From Phallusia mammillata (lineage: Eukaryota), in the NCBI GenBank assembly GCA_965637545.1, contig OZ281498.1:7378001-7442000 (forward strand): 64,000 bases of DNA, written 5' to 3'. The position numbers were made by a program, and so were the translations under genes. The notes below the pieces were generated by a model. That model was not told the DNA's origin. It saw only the letters and a list, made by a program, of their open reading frames with translations, and ran no database searches. Each line of letters starts with the position of its first letter. Within the stretch, counting starts at the first letter, position 1. Positions 36,207 to 48,100 of the stretch are shown piece after piece.

Positions 36207-37217
36207 TACTAACACTTGAGTGTTAGCAGTAATTCGTAAGATGCACTGATCAGTCTTTGAAGATTATGGTTTTAAAGTACAGCAAGAATAACATTAAAAG
36301 AGCTTGGTCAATTTTAAATGCATACAATGTTTCCAATTATTCCTAGCCGTTGCAATACCTCATGACATGACCTTTTGGGTTAAGTCAAAAAAACACGCTG
36401 CAATAATTTATCCAAAGCGGCGGGAGCAGAAAAGAGAACCTTGTCTTTCAGGTGTGCCCACCACCAAATGTAGCAACATCGGGATGTCGTGACAAGGCCG
36501 CACTGCGGAACTGCACCATGTATACGACGTACAGTAATCCACGAATTAACCTTTCCACTTGCCAACAGAGGGCGGTGAACCACGGTGCAAAACATTGTGC
36601 AAAAATTCCAAAAACGCGCATCAAAAAAATGGACCAAAAAATATATGGGGTCGCGTGTTGTAACCAATGTGGCCTCTTTACTGTAGCTGCCTCTGACACT
36701 TATCAGTTACTTTCGATGGCTTCGTTCAAGTCGTCGTGTGCCTCACGCCACCCCGAAACGGGTCAAGGCCAGGGAGTATGGTGCGCAGGGCTAAACGCCA
36801 AGCCCTTGCGTGCAAGGCAGTAATCTAAATGGATCAGGCTGATGTTAAGCGGGGATTGTTTGACAAGGCGCATGGCGATTTTCAACATAAGCAGAAGGGA
36901 GATGGCATTTCCAGGTGCACAGCCTCCTAAAAACTGCGCAAAAATTAGGTTAGTATCAGCAGAAATTTGTGGCAAGAGGGGCAGTGGTTTTGCCTCAAAA
37001 TGTGGAACACAATTATTTGCAATTTTGTTTAGTGTTTTCAAACAACTTACATTTCAATATAAAGCCATTTTGCAAAGCCCTTTCTTGAATCAACATCTTC
37101 AACCATGAATTCATATCAAAATCCTATTTAGCGGTATCAAAGACAAACGATCGGGATTTATCAAGTCCTGGTTGATATCACGTTGATTCGAATCGAGTCT
37201 GCTTACATTCGTAAAAT

Positions 37218-37563
37218 CTAACAGGGTCCAGTTCTGGTGATGAAGTTGCTTGGCAACCGTGCCAAAAAGTCGTGCGCTGCCTTGAATATCCCGGAACGCG
37301 AAACCGGTCGACGCGTGTACCTTTTACACCTCAAGAAACCGCAGTTTACAGTTAATGTAAACTCTCAGACCGCTCGCTTCTGGCAGGTGTCACGGCAGCC
37401 AAACTCACATTCCAAAGTCCGTGGACTCATTTATTCCTCGGTGCGCTTCTGTATCTCTGAAGTCCAACTCTTTGAGATAATCTATAAGGATTCGTCTTTT
37501 TGATAGCAAATTGTTAGAACGTGAGAAAACGCGGGTAACGGCGGTCGAAGATGCCGTAAACAT
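37218..37563 (-). CDS. Candidate small spliced gene (88 aa), unrecognised
   Basis: TATAAATAG at 37636-37628, ATG at 37563, donor GTGAGT at 37408, acceptor at 37330, stop at 37220-37218. Further consensus donors at 37206 (GTAAGC) and 37050 (GTAAGT). No homology recognised. Confidence 0.3.
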
Positions 37564-40500
37564 TCTTCACTGAGGTTTTGTAGATACATCACTTGTAGGT
37601 AGACAAAACACTCCAAGCTCGGGAGGTCTATTTATACACTGACAAGGTAATTTGCCATACCCTCAAAGCAAAGGGCTCCAAAACCATTATTCTACGTTAT
37701 AGCTGTCAAAGGGTCGAGGCATATGGCGTTTGAAGGTATAAAGTATAATTTCAAAGGCCAGCAGCCAAAAACTAAATCATGAAATTCTATTGTTACGAAA
37801 TCTAAACCATCCCAAGATCAAAATTAATATTTTTTTTTTATAAACCACAAACCGTGTTTATAATTTTTTTTTATAAACAACAAACCGTATTTTACTAAAG
37901 GAAAACATTATAGCTACTATGGCCGAATGGAAACAATGCAAACCATATTTTTGTAAAAAAAAAGGTGATAGACTTTTCAATTTGTTTCCTCGGCGTATTA
38001 CATTCCAACTACCACGTGTGTCGCGCCCAGAAACGAAACACCCAATGTAGAACATGAACATTTTACACACCAGCACCTGCAATCCTCGATAGTCGATTCC
38101 AAATCAATCAGTCAAACGCACGCGCGCCGAATACCTTGTGTGCTGCACTTAAGGGAAGCTAATATAAATCTATCTTTGGCAATCCATCAAGCAGGGATTC
38201 AAGGGCAGAGGGCTACCTGTAATCGATTAGTGGAGACTTTAACAGATAGGGCAGAAAATTGCGGTCCACCGGCGTCCGCCGTGAGCACCTGGATGAACAT
38301 TTGCGGTTGGTAAGAAAGGAAAACGATCTACAAAATAGTCTTTGGGCGACATCTAGATCGATGAAGTAATTTTTGAACATCTGGAAGTTTAGTGAAGAAC
38401 ATTTTGATGTATATTAGCGAGCAAAATATAGGTAGGTAAATAAATACGCAGCAAATACTGTGCTGATGCTTTTAGTCATTCCGTCGATGGAAAGAACTTT
38501 GGACAGCATCACACAAAAACAAAAATACCAACAATGGCTCACAAAAATCTAGATAGTTTTACCACATATGACACAATGACTGTCGAACTATGACAAAAAA
38601 GCAATATTTTTACCACATAGCATTAAAAATGAATATAGTAGAAAAACTGTCAAAACTCCCTTGTGCCTGTAACAACAATCTCGTGACATTTTACTTAAAT
38701 GCATGACAAGGTTAACAAGATTTAAACGTGAAAGGGGCAACTTCGTGGGTCAAATGGAAACCCCTAATACGCAGATAATGTTCGAAGCTCCCTATGACAA
38801 CCATCTTAAGTATTTCAGAAATGGAAACATTGGCCAGTCAGACCGGATAGTTTTACTCGTCAAGAAGACGTGCAGTGGCGGGTGGCAAAGTTGATGGCAA
38901 GAACCGGCTATTGGATTGCAACGCGGCTAACTGCTGGTTTCCTGTCATAAGTGAAATGATACACTGCAATCGACCCGTATGTGCTTAAGTTGCCCACAGA
39001 AACCGGGTCAATTGGCAAGAAAGCGACTTTGCATAAGGGAAAGTTAGGAGATGATTGTCAGGCGAGAGAGCACGGATAATCATAGACATAAAACATGCAT
39101 CTAAAAAGGTACCGACTTATTGACCCCCTCTCACCCTCAAACATAAAATAATGAATTAGCCAAACTTAGTTTTTACAGGATGTAACTTTCTATGGTTTTC
39201 TTGTCGAGTATGAGATAGCCAAAGTAGCTTTATTTAGCGCGCCAAAGTTCACAAATAAATGTACAATAAGTTACTTCGTCCATGTTCTCTTTGGAGGAAC
39301 TGACCCCTTCCCCACACTGCCCAGTTGGCGCCGCGACACCGGTTCCAGTCGCTTGAACGATTGCTGCGGCGGACGAGCTTAAACACATTCCAAGAAAAAT
39401 CGCCCGATTAGTGGAAATCAGTTCACCAATGAGTGACAAGCGCCATCTCAGTCGGAGAGCGACCTCGAAACCGAAAAGGAATTCGAGCTGTTTCACTCTT
39501 CGCTACCACTTAAAATCCCGCAAATCTATTTGCATTAGATTTATCTACTTGTTTATCAACATGATCCCCTGCCGAGGATTGAGTGGTAAACAAAAGCGCA
39601 TGCTATCGCCGCTTCGTCATAATTGGCTGTGAGTAGGATCCATGCCGGTTTACCATGTGATGGGCTTAAGAATTCTGTTCATGATAGACAGCCTGTCAAA
39701 GATCGAAATTTGCAACAACAAATGCCGATAGCCTAACATGGAATCAGATCATATTAGGACAAAATGAAAATCCTAACAATAATAATGTCTTGCGAAATCA
39801 ACATACAACATAAACTTAGGCAACACAACTTTAAATCTTCTAAAATACAAAGGCAAAAGATTGTCCCCTTATAGCGGTTACTGATGAGTAGCACAAAATC
39901 GAAAGCCTTGAATAAGTGTTTTAAATCAGTTAATATAGGTTCCAGATAATTTAAAAAGTTTTTCTTGAACGTTGGTTTACAAAGTGTTGGTTAATACACC
40001 CTGGACCCATAGTGTTGTTTAACCTCCTATACGGGCGGTGGTATGCACCAAAATCCAAGAAATGACCTAAAATGTCAATACAATCAGTCATAATATATAT
40101 GACAGTCTATATAAACAATTTGAAGTCCGTTGTCGGTGCTAATGAGGGTCACATTCCCGGGCTTAGTGACCAGTGCGACTTTTGCCGGCAAGTTGCAGTT
40201 TTGTTTCTGAAGCTCGATGTAACTTAACCTCTAAGCTCTCGACTGGTCGCGCGTCATCACAGCTCCATGCTAGGGTTGATGCAAAGTGGACATGCGATCC
40301 CGCGACGAGACAGAACAGTGCGGTTTAGTCGCGGGCCTCTTTAAACCGGTTAGACCCTTTCTTGTCTGCACATTGCCGTGTATGTACAACTATGTATGTC
40401 TTTCGCAACAAACAGCCTTTGTATTTCTAATCAATAAATTAAATTTTAAATGATACATTGCACGAAGATTTTGCTGTTTCAGCATTCTTTCAAAAGTTTT

Positions 40501-42016
40501 TCTCCAACGTAATGCTTGTATTAAGTAAACCAGTTGATCAATAAAACCCAAGAAAATTGTTTAACATTCAGAAAGCATATTTCTTGAGGAAATGGCAACA
40601 CAAAAAGTGCAGTAATTCTTCGGCGGTATGACGATCTTCGGATGCTTTTTTGCGAGCTGGTTGGAAAAAATAAGTCAAAATAGTTTACTTTGGGGTATTC
40701 AAGAAAACAAAACGGAAACTTAATACTAAATCTAATCCTAAATCCTTGCAAAGTTGCAACTGAAGCAAAACATCGGTTAAAATGGATAACATTTCAAATT
40801 TCGTGGATGCAACGCAAGATCGAAGAACACAAAGGTAACTCGCTGAGGATTTAGATCAGATAGATTGACATATGATACATCGGAGACATATAACGGGAAA
40901 TTGAAGTTTGGGAGGCATCACACAAACCCAAATATAGAGCAAAATCACGATAACGCCTGAAAACTTCGTCTTATGATAAGAAAAACGATTTATAGTGGGG
41001 TGCTATTAATATAGCCATGCTTACGTTGAGCTTATAAGGTAAGGATACATAGGCCATTACACTACCACCAGCATACAGTCGAGCTTAGGTAAATAAACAA
41101 CAGATTTGCAAGCATATTTGGGGATATCAATGAACTGTGGACGCAAGAGCCTTACAGTTTATCCCAGGATAATTCAACGTAATAACACCCATTTTCCAAG
41201 TACTTCTAACCAAAATGAACAAAATGTCATAAACTTAAAACATTTGAGATTTATATAGCTTATATCCGACTTGCCAGTTACATCTTACATGAAATGAAAT
41301 CAAAACATGAATTTTTCCGTACCCTCTACAAATCAGTTTGTGCCAATCTATACGGGTACTTTTATTCACGAATACCGGATAAACTTACTAAACAAAGTAA
41401 ACGTACCCAGCTCAAAAGGATAAGGTGGAGAGTGGAACAACGAACAACGTGTGGGTGGACAGTATAACCAGTTTTATCAATAACTTGTTAACGCTAATTG
41501 ACCTTTTCAATCGTTTACTCTGCATCTATTATTCCAACCGGAAAACCAGAAATTCAATCCCTTCACCAACGGTCTAAAATCGCACAAAAGGGACGTCCGC
41601 CGCCGTAGGGGTGGGTCACCACGCTTTCCAAACGACATGTATAGAATAGTCGTCCACTTGGGAAAATCGACGCGTTAACCCTCAAGAACAGTTAATGCCT
41701 CAAGAAAACGTAATTCAAAAAATATTAATTTTTCTACGTTGCATTTAAAATCACAAACTTAAATCTGTATAAAATTGTTTAACTGTGCTAAAATACGTTA
41801 CATAAACAAATGTCTGAAAGAAATTAAATAGAAACAAAGTACTTTACCTAGGTACAAACTCTAAAACAATATCTGTATTTTCACCGCTCAATTTGGGCTG
41901 TCAAAAAACAACAAACATTTCACAAAAGATACGAATCCCAAGCCCAAAGATTTCTGGAAAGCAGCAAATTTTCACAACATATTTACAGAAAACAGAGAAC
42001 CACGAAGCTTTGCTGC

Positions 42017-42538
42017 TTAAACCAGGTTCAGACAAGGGGCACCGGGGGAGAGAGGGTTGTCTGGCGACCAAACCAAAACAAGGATTAGGTGGCCAAGACA
42101 AAGAACAGACAAGAATGCGGCGAACACTGCTTCCGTATGCACCAGCCCGCATACACATTGAGAGAGCTTAACCACTAAGTGCAGACAGAGACGCTTTGCC
42201 ACCTTATATAGGCCTGGCGCCATGCAGCTACCGCTCAGAGGTTTCAACTGGCCTCCTGTGTTCAGCTGTGTTTCTCGGTAAGCTATATGGGCGTCAATTA
42301 ATCGGAACCGACATTTGTCGTCTGTTTGTGTGGCATTTGGTTTCGACATAGGATCCCAACCCGAACGCCGCAGCTTATCAAGTAACACGCCAAAGTCAAG
42401 GGCGAGCCACAAAGCACGAGGTGTTTGCTGCGACACGTATCGAGTTTTTAGCCCAACTTTAACCTCTGATCGAAAGAAACTGACGACTATGAGGAAAAAA
42501 AACAATACCCCTAACAAAACTTTTACATGCTTTCGCAT
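42017..42538 (-). CDS. Predicted type II membrane protein ORF or first coding exon (173 aa from the first ATG), family unrecognised
   Basis: MRKHVK-VLLGVLFFFLIVVSFF-RSEVK gives a short basic tail plus a transmembrane helix, then a stem with an NAT sequon and several Cys. The ORF-track start at 42571 is TTG; the first ATG is at 42538. No downstream exons could be assigned. Confidence 0.4.
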   Translation of the reverse strand: MRKHVKVLLGVLFFFLIVVSFFRSEVKVGLKTRYVSQQTPRALWLALDFGVLLDKLRRSGWDPMSKPNATQTDDKCRFRLIDAHIAYRETQLNTGGQLKPLSGSCMAPGLYKVAKRLCLHLVVKLSQCVCGLVHTEAVFAAFLSVLCLGHLILVLVWSPDNPLSPGAPCLNLV

Positions 42539-44068
42539 TGACCTTGGGTTTCTGGAAAACCACAGGTTCAAGGTTGTGGTACGGGTCGTCTGCTTTCATA
42601 CAGGACGCATCCTTTTCAGCTACTGTTTGTCATTTGTTTTGCCGTTGAAATACTCCAAGAATGCTAAACTGTCAAAGGCTTCGGATGATCCGCCAGCAAA
42701 AGATTCTGGACGACGGAAAACGAAATACGATCCTACGTGTTTTGAATCAAGTTTAACCGCAAGCCCAAATTCAATACGGTCACGTGTTAGTCACGTGACA
42801 AGAAGACAATGGTGGTAAAACATCCCACTAACTTTTCAAATGCAATTTTTTTTAATGTTTGTTAAACAACTAGTGTATAAAAAATGTCCCGAGCACTTTT
42901 GTTATAACACGTTTAAATTCAAGGCAACATTTTGGTCTGAATGGTAAATTTGTTGGACGGATTTGTCAAAGACGCAGGGTTACACAAGAGTCGGCGCCTT
43001 GAGACAAGTACAGGTGATCCGTAACTTTAACTAAGCTTATTTTTCCGGAAAATGACCCTAATTGACGTAGCACCAATTGAGAAACAAAACACGAAGCTTA
43101 ACACAGCTTGATTATCAGTTTCAGGTTGCGTTAATCTTGCTTAATGTTACCTTTGACCTGTAAGACTTGCACGAGCTGTTGTGTTGTCAAGTCGTAGCGT
43201 CAAATAGGTTCATATATGAGTATACCCTGCAAATTCGAACCTATAAACACAGGCTTAGTGGGACCAAAACCCAAAAGCTTAACGATTATTAGGTGTAAAT
43301 AAAGTTTGAGGCCGCTTTTGTCAACAAAAGGAATAGAACCGTTGTTGTGCTTGAGCATGCATTCAGACACAGCATATCATTAATATTCATGAGTTAGGGA
43401 GGTCAAAATCTTACAAGTGCAACAATCTATTTCCAACCCATTTAACCTTAACCGTGATTGGTCGCAACAGTTACAGGAAACAAAGTGACCCAGGTCTACG
43501 GATTGACACAGTTTGACTTCCCGGCACACCCGCCAATGACCACATAGCTTTATCTTTATATGCTAATGAGAAATGATGTTCACCTACGACGTCCTAACAA
43601 GGCAGGGCAACTGACCGAACAAGAGATTACAGTCAATTAAAATGACCAAAAGTGACCGTTGACTCGCTACAGTTGCGTCAGAGCTTGAAAAGGATCATCT
43701 GTGACGTAAGCGGTCATGCCGTTGCCAAGCAAACAACCGATCCTACTTCGTGATTGGTTGTCACGTTGCGAGGGGGGTCAGTCGGTATACTTTGCGCGCC
43801 GAGGTTTGACTTAAAGTGACCGGAATGCATGAGCAAATATTGGTACAAGTTTTAAGCAGCGAACACCAGTTCCCGTTAAACTATAGAGGTGGTGCATGAT
43901 AAGGAAACAAAACACAAAGATACCCCTGACTTGAATGTGAGGTCGACAAGTTTTAAAATGATTTAACATATTTTGAACAAAGCAACAGCCCCATGTGTTA
44001 TGTGTGAGCAAATAATTCTTTACAAGAAAACTGTCTAAATATATCGAAATGCTTGGGAGACCAGCTTT

Positions 44069-44286
44069 TTTTTAGTATATTTGAGACCCATGGTTGGTTT
44101 GCGACATACAATCCTTTGTGAAACCATGTTACTGTCGAAATGCTTGGGAGACCAGCTTTTTTTTTCCTTCTATGATTTGTTTAAAATGATCCGTACTCTT
44201 TGTGACAATTTGCTTTCAGATAGTAACATGGTTTCACAAAGGATTGTATGTTGCAAACCAACCATGGATCTCAAATATACTAAAAA
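44069..44286. repeat. Fold-back inverted repeat with 68-bp arms and an associated 30-bp direct repeat
   Basis: Arms 44069-44136 and 44219-44286 match at 65/68. TCGAAATGCTTGGGAGACCAGC(T)8-9 occurs at 44044-44073 and 44135-44165. Confidence 0.9.
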
Positions 44287-45149
44287 TCTTTTTGTCAAAC
44301 TGAGTTTTTGTGTTATTCCAATAGTGTAATCAGCAATAAAAACGGAAGCCAGAAAAACTTCCAGACAGAACGTAAACTAACGTTAACGACACAAATTCCA
44401 AATGCGTCATGAAACTACAAAAAGCGTTTTATTGAGGAGAAATCGCCTCTTGGACTTTTTATTCCACAATTACAAAGCATAAGCGAAGTGACAACATTAA
44501 AACCGTGATCTACACAAAAAGATAAGACCTCTCCTTTCGCGGTCTCATGATCAAATATTAATACTTGGTATTTGCGCGAGCAGTTGACGCTTTTAGTTGA
44601 GTTGATATCACATAGTGTGAACAACGACCTTCTTGCACATTTCAACGGCGGTTGGATGACTAGTGCACTTTAAGCAAACGCACGCCGAAGCTTGTTTACA
44701 GAGTATGCGACAAACCAGAGTGATTCACGTGACTTCACACAAACAGAAAGCTGGGATGAAGTTCTCGCTGCGGCAACAAGGTGAAAACGACTACGCAAAT
44801 GTCACAGGGAACTCGTTAATTTTCCGTGGCCCAAGCGTTGGTAAAACAAATTTCGTTCAACGCTGCAACTCTTTTACTATCAAGCGTTGACCTTTGAAAT
44901 TCTATGAAACACGTTTGCTTGTAAAAATGGTTGAGCAATTGTGGTCCAAAAAACACAAACGATTGTTTTAATGACAAGAATAAGGTCTGGAATATCCAGA
45001 CTTGAATGCGTTGCCATAACTACACTTTTATTCCTGTCGACAAGGCAAAATAAATAGTATTGTAAACCAATTGGTTGGCATGCGTCACTTTTTGCTTTGC
45101 TTTGTTAAGAAACATAATTGTTACGACAACACGCTCCACAGAAAAACTG

Positions 45150-45195
45150 CCTTTGACGTACGCAGACACTAACCTTTGACGTACGCAGACACTAA
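45150..45195. repeat. Perfect 23-bp tandem duplication
   Basis: CCTTTGACGTACGCAGACACTAA at 45150-45172 and 45173-45195. Confidence 0.9.
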
Positions 45196-48100
45196 TGTAA
45201 GTTCTGTAGGGCGAAAAGGGCACTTCAATTTTACACCACAAACTTATTAAACTACCAGCACAATGGCCTAACTTGCTGGGGCACGGTGATTTTTGTATCC
45301 CGATGAAACTGATATAAGTTGCTTACAGTCGAGAGCCCCCACCAAGCTACATGCAACGTAGGGTAGCAGGTGGTTGTAAGGGCACTCAAAAGATTTTGGT
45401 TACATGTATTTCCGCTTCAGTCTTTGTGTGTATGGTCAGAAGTATCACAAAGGTGAAACAAACTTGGCAGCTTGAAAATAGGTCCGTCGCAGAAACAACT
45501 CGATCAGCCGTTGTTTCGCACAGCGGCGATCAAAACAACGAACAAACGGCAAAAAAGACATAGTGGTTACGTAACAAACCGCAATTTTAAATGCAGCACC
45601 TCGTGTGGTCCGCCCAACCCCACGCAAAATTACTTCCCTATCAAAAATAAAGATAAAATAAAGATAAAAGTGCGATGATTACGCACCATAGAGCGTGATA
45701 ACTATGGATTACTCCGTTAAAGAGGTGCCAGAGAAGACACCTCTTATACGCTGACCCGATTCTACGTAACGCCCATCATCACGCAGTAATCCGTTAAATA
45801 CCGTCGAAAGTTGGTGTCACTCGCTTTAAACCCACGTAACTGGCCAAAACAGGCGATATTGGATCTATCTTGCACGCGATAGGGTTGGATCCAGCACCAC
45901 CAACACTGGGGGCGTGTCTCGAATCGCCCACATTCACCATGCAACATGATTCATAGTATCTCCAACTTTTTTTCGGGGGTTCGTTTTTCGAATTCTCAAC
46001 GTAAAGTATTTTTACTTACAACTCAAATCTATAAAATAGTACACATTAGGTTTAGGTTGCGAAATGTTGAGCCAGTCCCGTCGTGAAAATGGAATGGTCG
46101 CACGTACTTCATTTGTGTGAAACAACAATTGACGCTGAATAAAATAGCAGATCCACGAGTAAGACGTAAGTCCTTAAGACATATATGTTATAAAAGCCGG
46201 CTTGATTACTACAGTTGTATCGTAATTTTAGATTAATATTTTATATTGACCAGCACTTCAATTGACATCACTTCTACTAACACATCAAACAATGCAAAAC
46301 ACGTTTAATCATGTAGCAAAAGTCGCGAAATACCGGCTGTTCAACAGTGGCGTCAGAAAAACTGCATTTATTTTAGGAAAAAGCGTAGAGAATTTGGATC
46401 ATATTAGATACACCTCAACACAACAACAAAAATGTGAACTGTTATTAGTCTTGCTATCACAAAGACGTAAAACACTTGCGTCCATCGCAAATTGCGTGTA
46501 GAAAGCTTCTCTCGAATAACACAAAATGAAACTGTACAAAATCGTTGCGTGTCTATTTTACCGAAACATAGCTTCGCATTTGCATATAGAGCAGAACCCG
46601 AAAACATGCCTGGACGCTTATTCTGCATGAGGGAAAAGTTCAACTTCCAGACTTTGGTGATAAAAAATCTCAAGTCGTGACAAAGAATATGAAACAAGAG
46701 TACCACGACTAAACTTAGCATTCGTGTCTATAAACCAACGGTTAAGGAGGTAGAAAACGTGTTCCCTGGGGTCGAGGCCAGAAGAAATTGGAGACCACAT
46801 GCACCGGTAACATTTGATCCACCGCTGATCGATAAAAACTTCGGCAGACGATTGACAGACACGTGAGAGTCAGAAAGTGGGTCATGTCGCTTTTCAACTT
46901 AGACGAATTCTTGTCGGCACTGATCAAGCTGTATTTCCCTCGGGTAAGCAGAAGGACGTGGGATCGAAACCGACACGAACAATTGGATTGGGTAACTTAT
47001 TATCTAGGTCAAAGTTCGTGCAAAAATCGATAATTAGGCAGATGATTCCTAAACCTAATGAATTAACCCGAACGCTTAAACGTAGGTCAAATACCTTAAG
47101 GGGTCTGTATACTGGACGCTCCGGCTATGCTGCGTCGAGTTTTAGGGTTAAAAAGAGGGATAACTTGTGGGCGATAGAAGTTATGATAAGGCGACAGTAA
47201 AGTCATATCTGGATTATACCGCAACGTTGCCCATGAAATCGATCTTTAACATCGTGTCGAAGAGTCCTCGCACGCAAGCGAAATCCCCAGGAAAGTTCCC
47301 CTAGTAGTGTGATACTAGAACAATGAAAATGTTTTGTGTTGTTGCCTTCAGAGCGTTGTATGAAAAGGATGAAAAGCCACTTTTGTGAATACGGTCTTAA
47401 AACGCTAGTCCATGTGTATATAGATATTTACCTTTATTACCTTAACAAGCTTTAGGTTGCAAATTTGGCTGCCTTTTTTAAAATGTGACAGGTCAAGAAA
47501 AATCAAGATTAAAACTGTTTGCCTGATTTTCTACGATCTTCTGAAACAGCCATTCACACGAAATAGTTTTATATCTCATCCACATCATTTCCAATATGTT
47601 AAAAAATGCGCCATTGACCATACCGTCCGAGTAGTCATGTATATAATATTGCTCCAAACTAATGACGTAAGCTCTACAACCCTTAGTTCACGTCCATCAA
47701 TCTGACCTGATGACGTGGTAATGGCAATCTTTTTGTACCTTTCATCAATTGGGACAGGCAATCATTTTGAACGACACGGTAATCCGTCATGGCGTACTTA
47801 GGCGATTTAAGTCCATCCTTTAGTACACTGAACACTTCGCATTACGTCATCGACAGATCAGTGAATTGATTGACAGCAATCGGTTCCGGCAATCGCGCGC
47901 CCAAGATGATACACCGCGAGAGTTAGCACCAAATATTGTGGATATTAGGCAATCTCCATAGCAATCTGGCATGCGTACTTCGATAAGCCACATTGCAATC
48001 ACATCGCGCCCGCGGGCCAGTCGTCAACATTTAGGCATCGATGAGGTCTTTGGGTGAACACAAGGCAGCCTTTTGTTAAGTGCCACGCACAAGTTACCAA

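Noticed and set aside
37051-37123. TTT-TGA in an otherwise open frame as selenocysteine or antizyme-like +1 frameshift
   Set aside because: No selenoprotein or antizyme motif, an upstream stop forms at the splice junction, and no SECIS or pseudoknot was recognised. No C/D boxes occur in introns 1 or 2 either, so a snoRNA host is unsupported.
39881-39910. CTGATGA...GAAA hammerhead-like motif
   Set aside because: Stem II cannot pair and there is no stem III or cleavage triplet.
41893-42818. Plus-strand ORFs of 92 and 167 aa
   Set aside because: TTG starts and no domain; best explained as antisense shadows of the membrane ORF and its leader.
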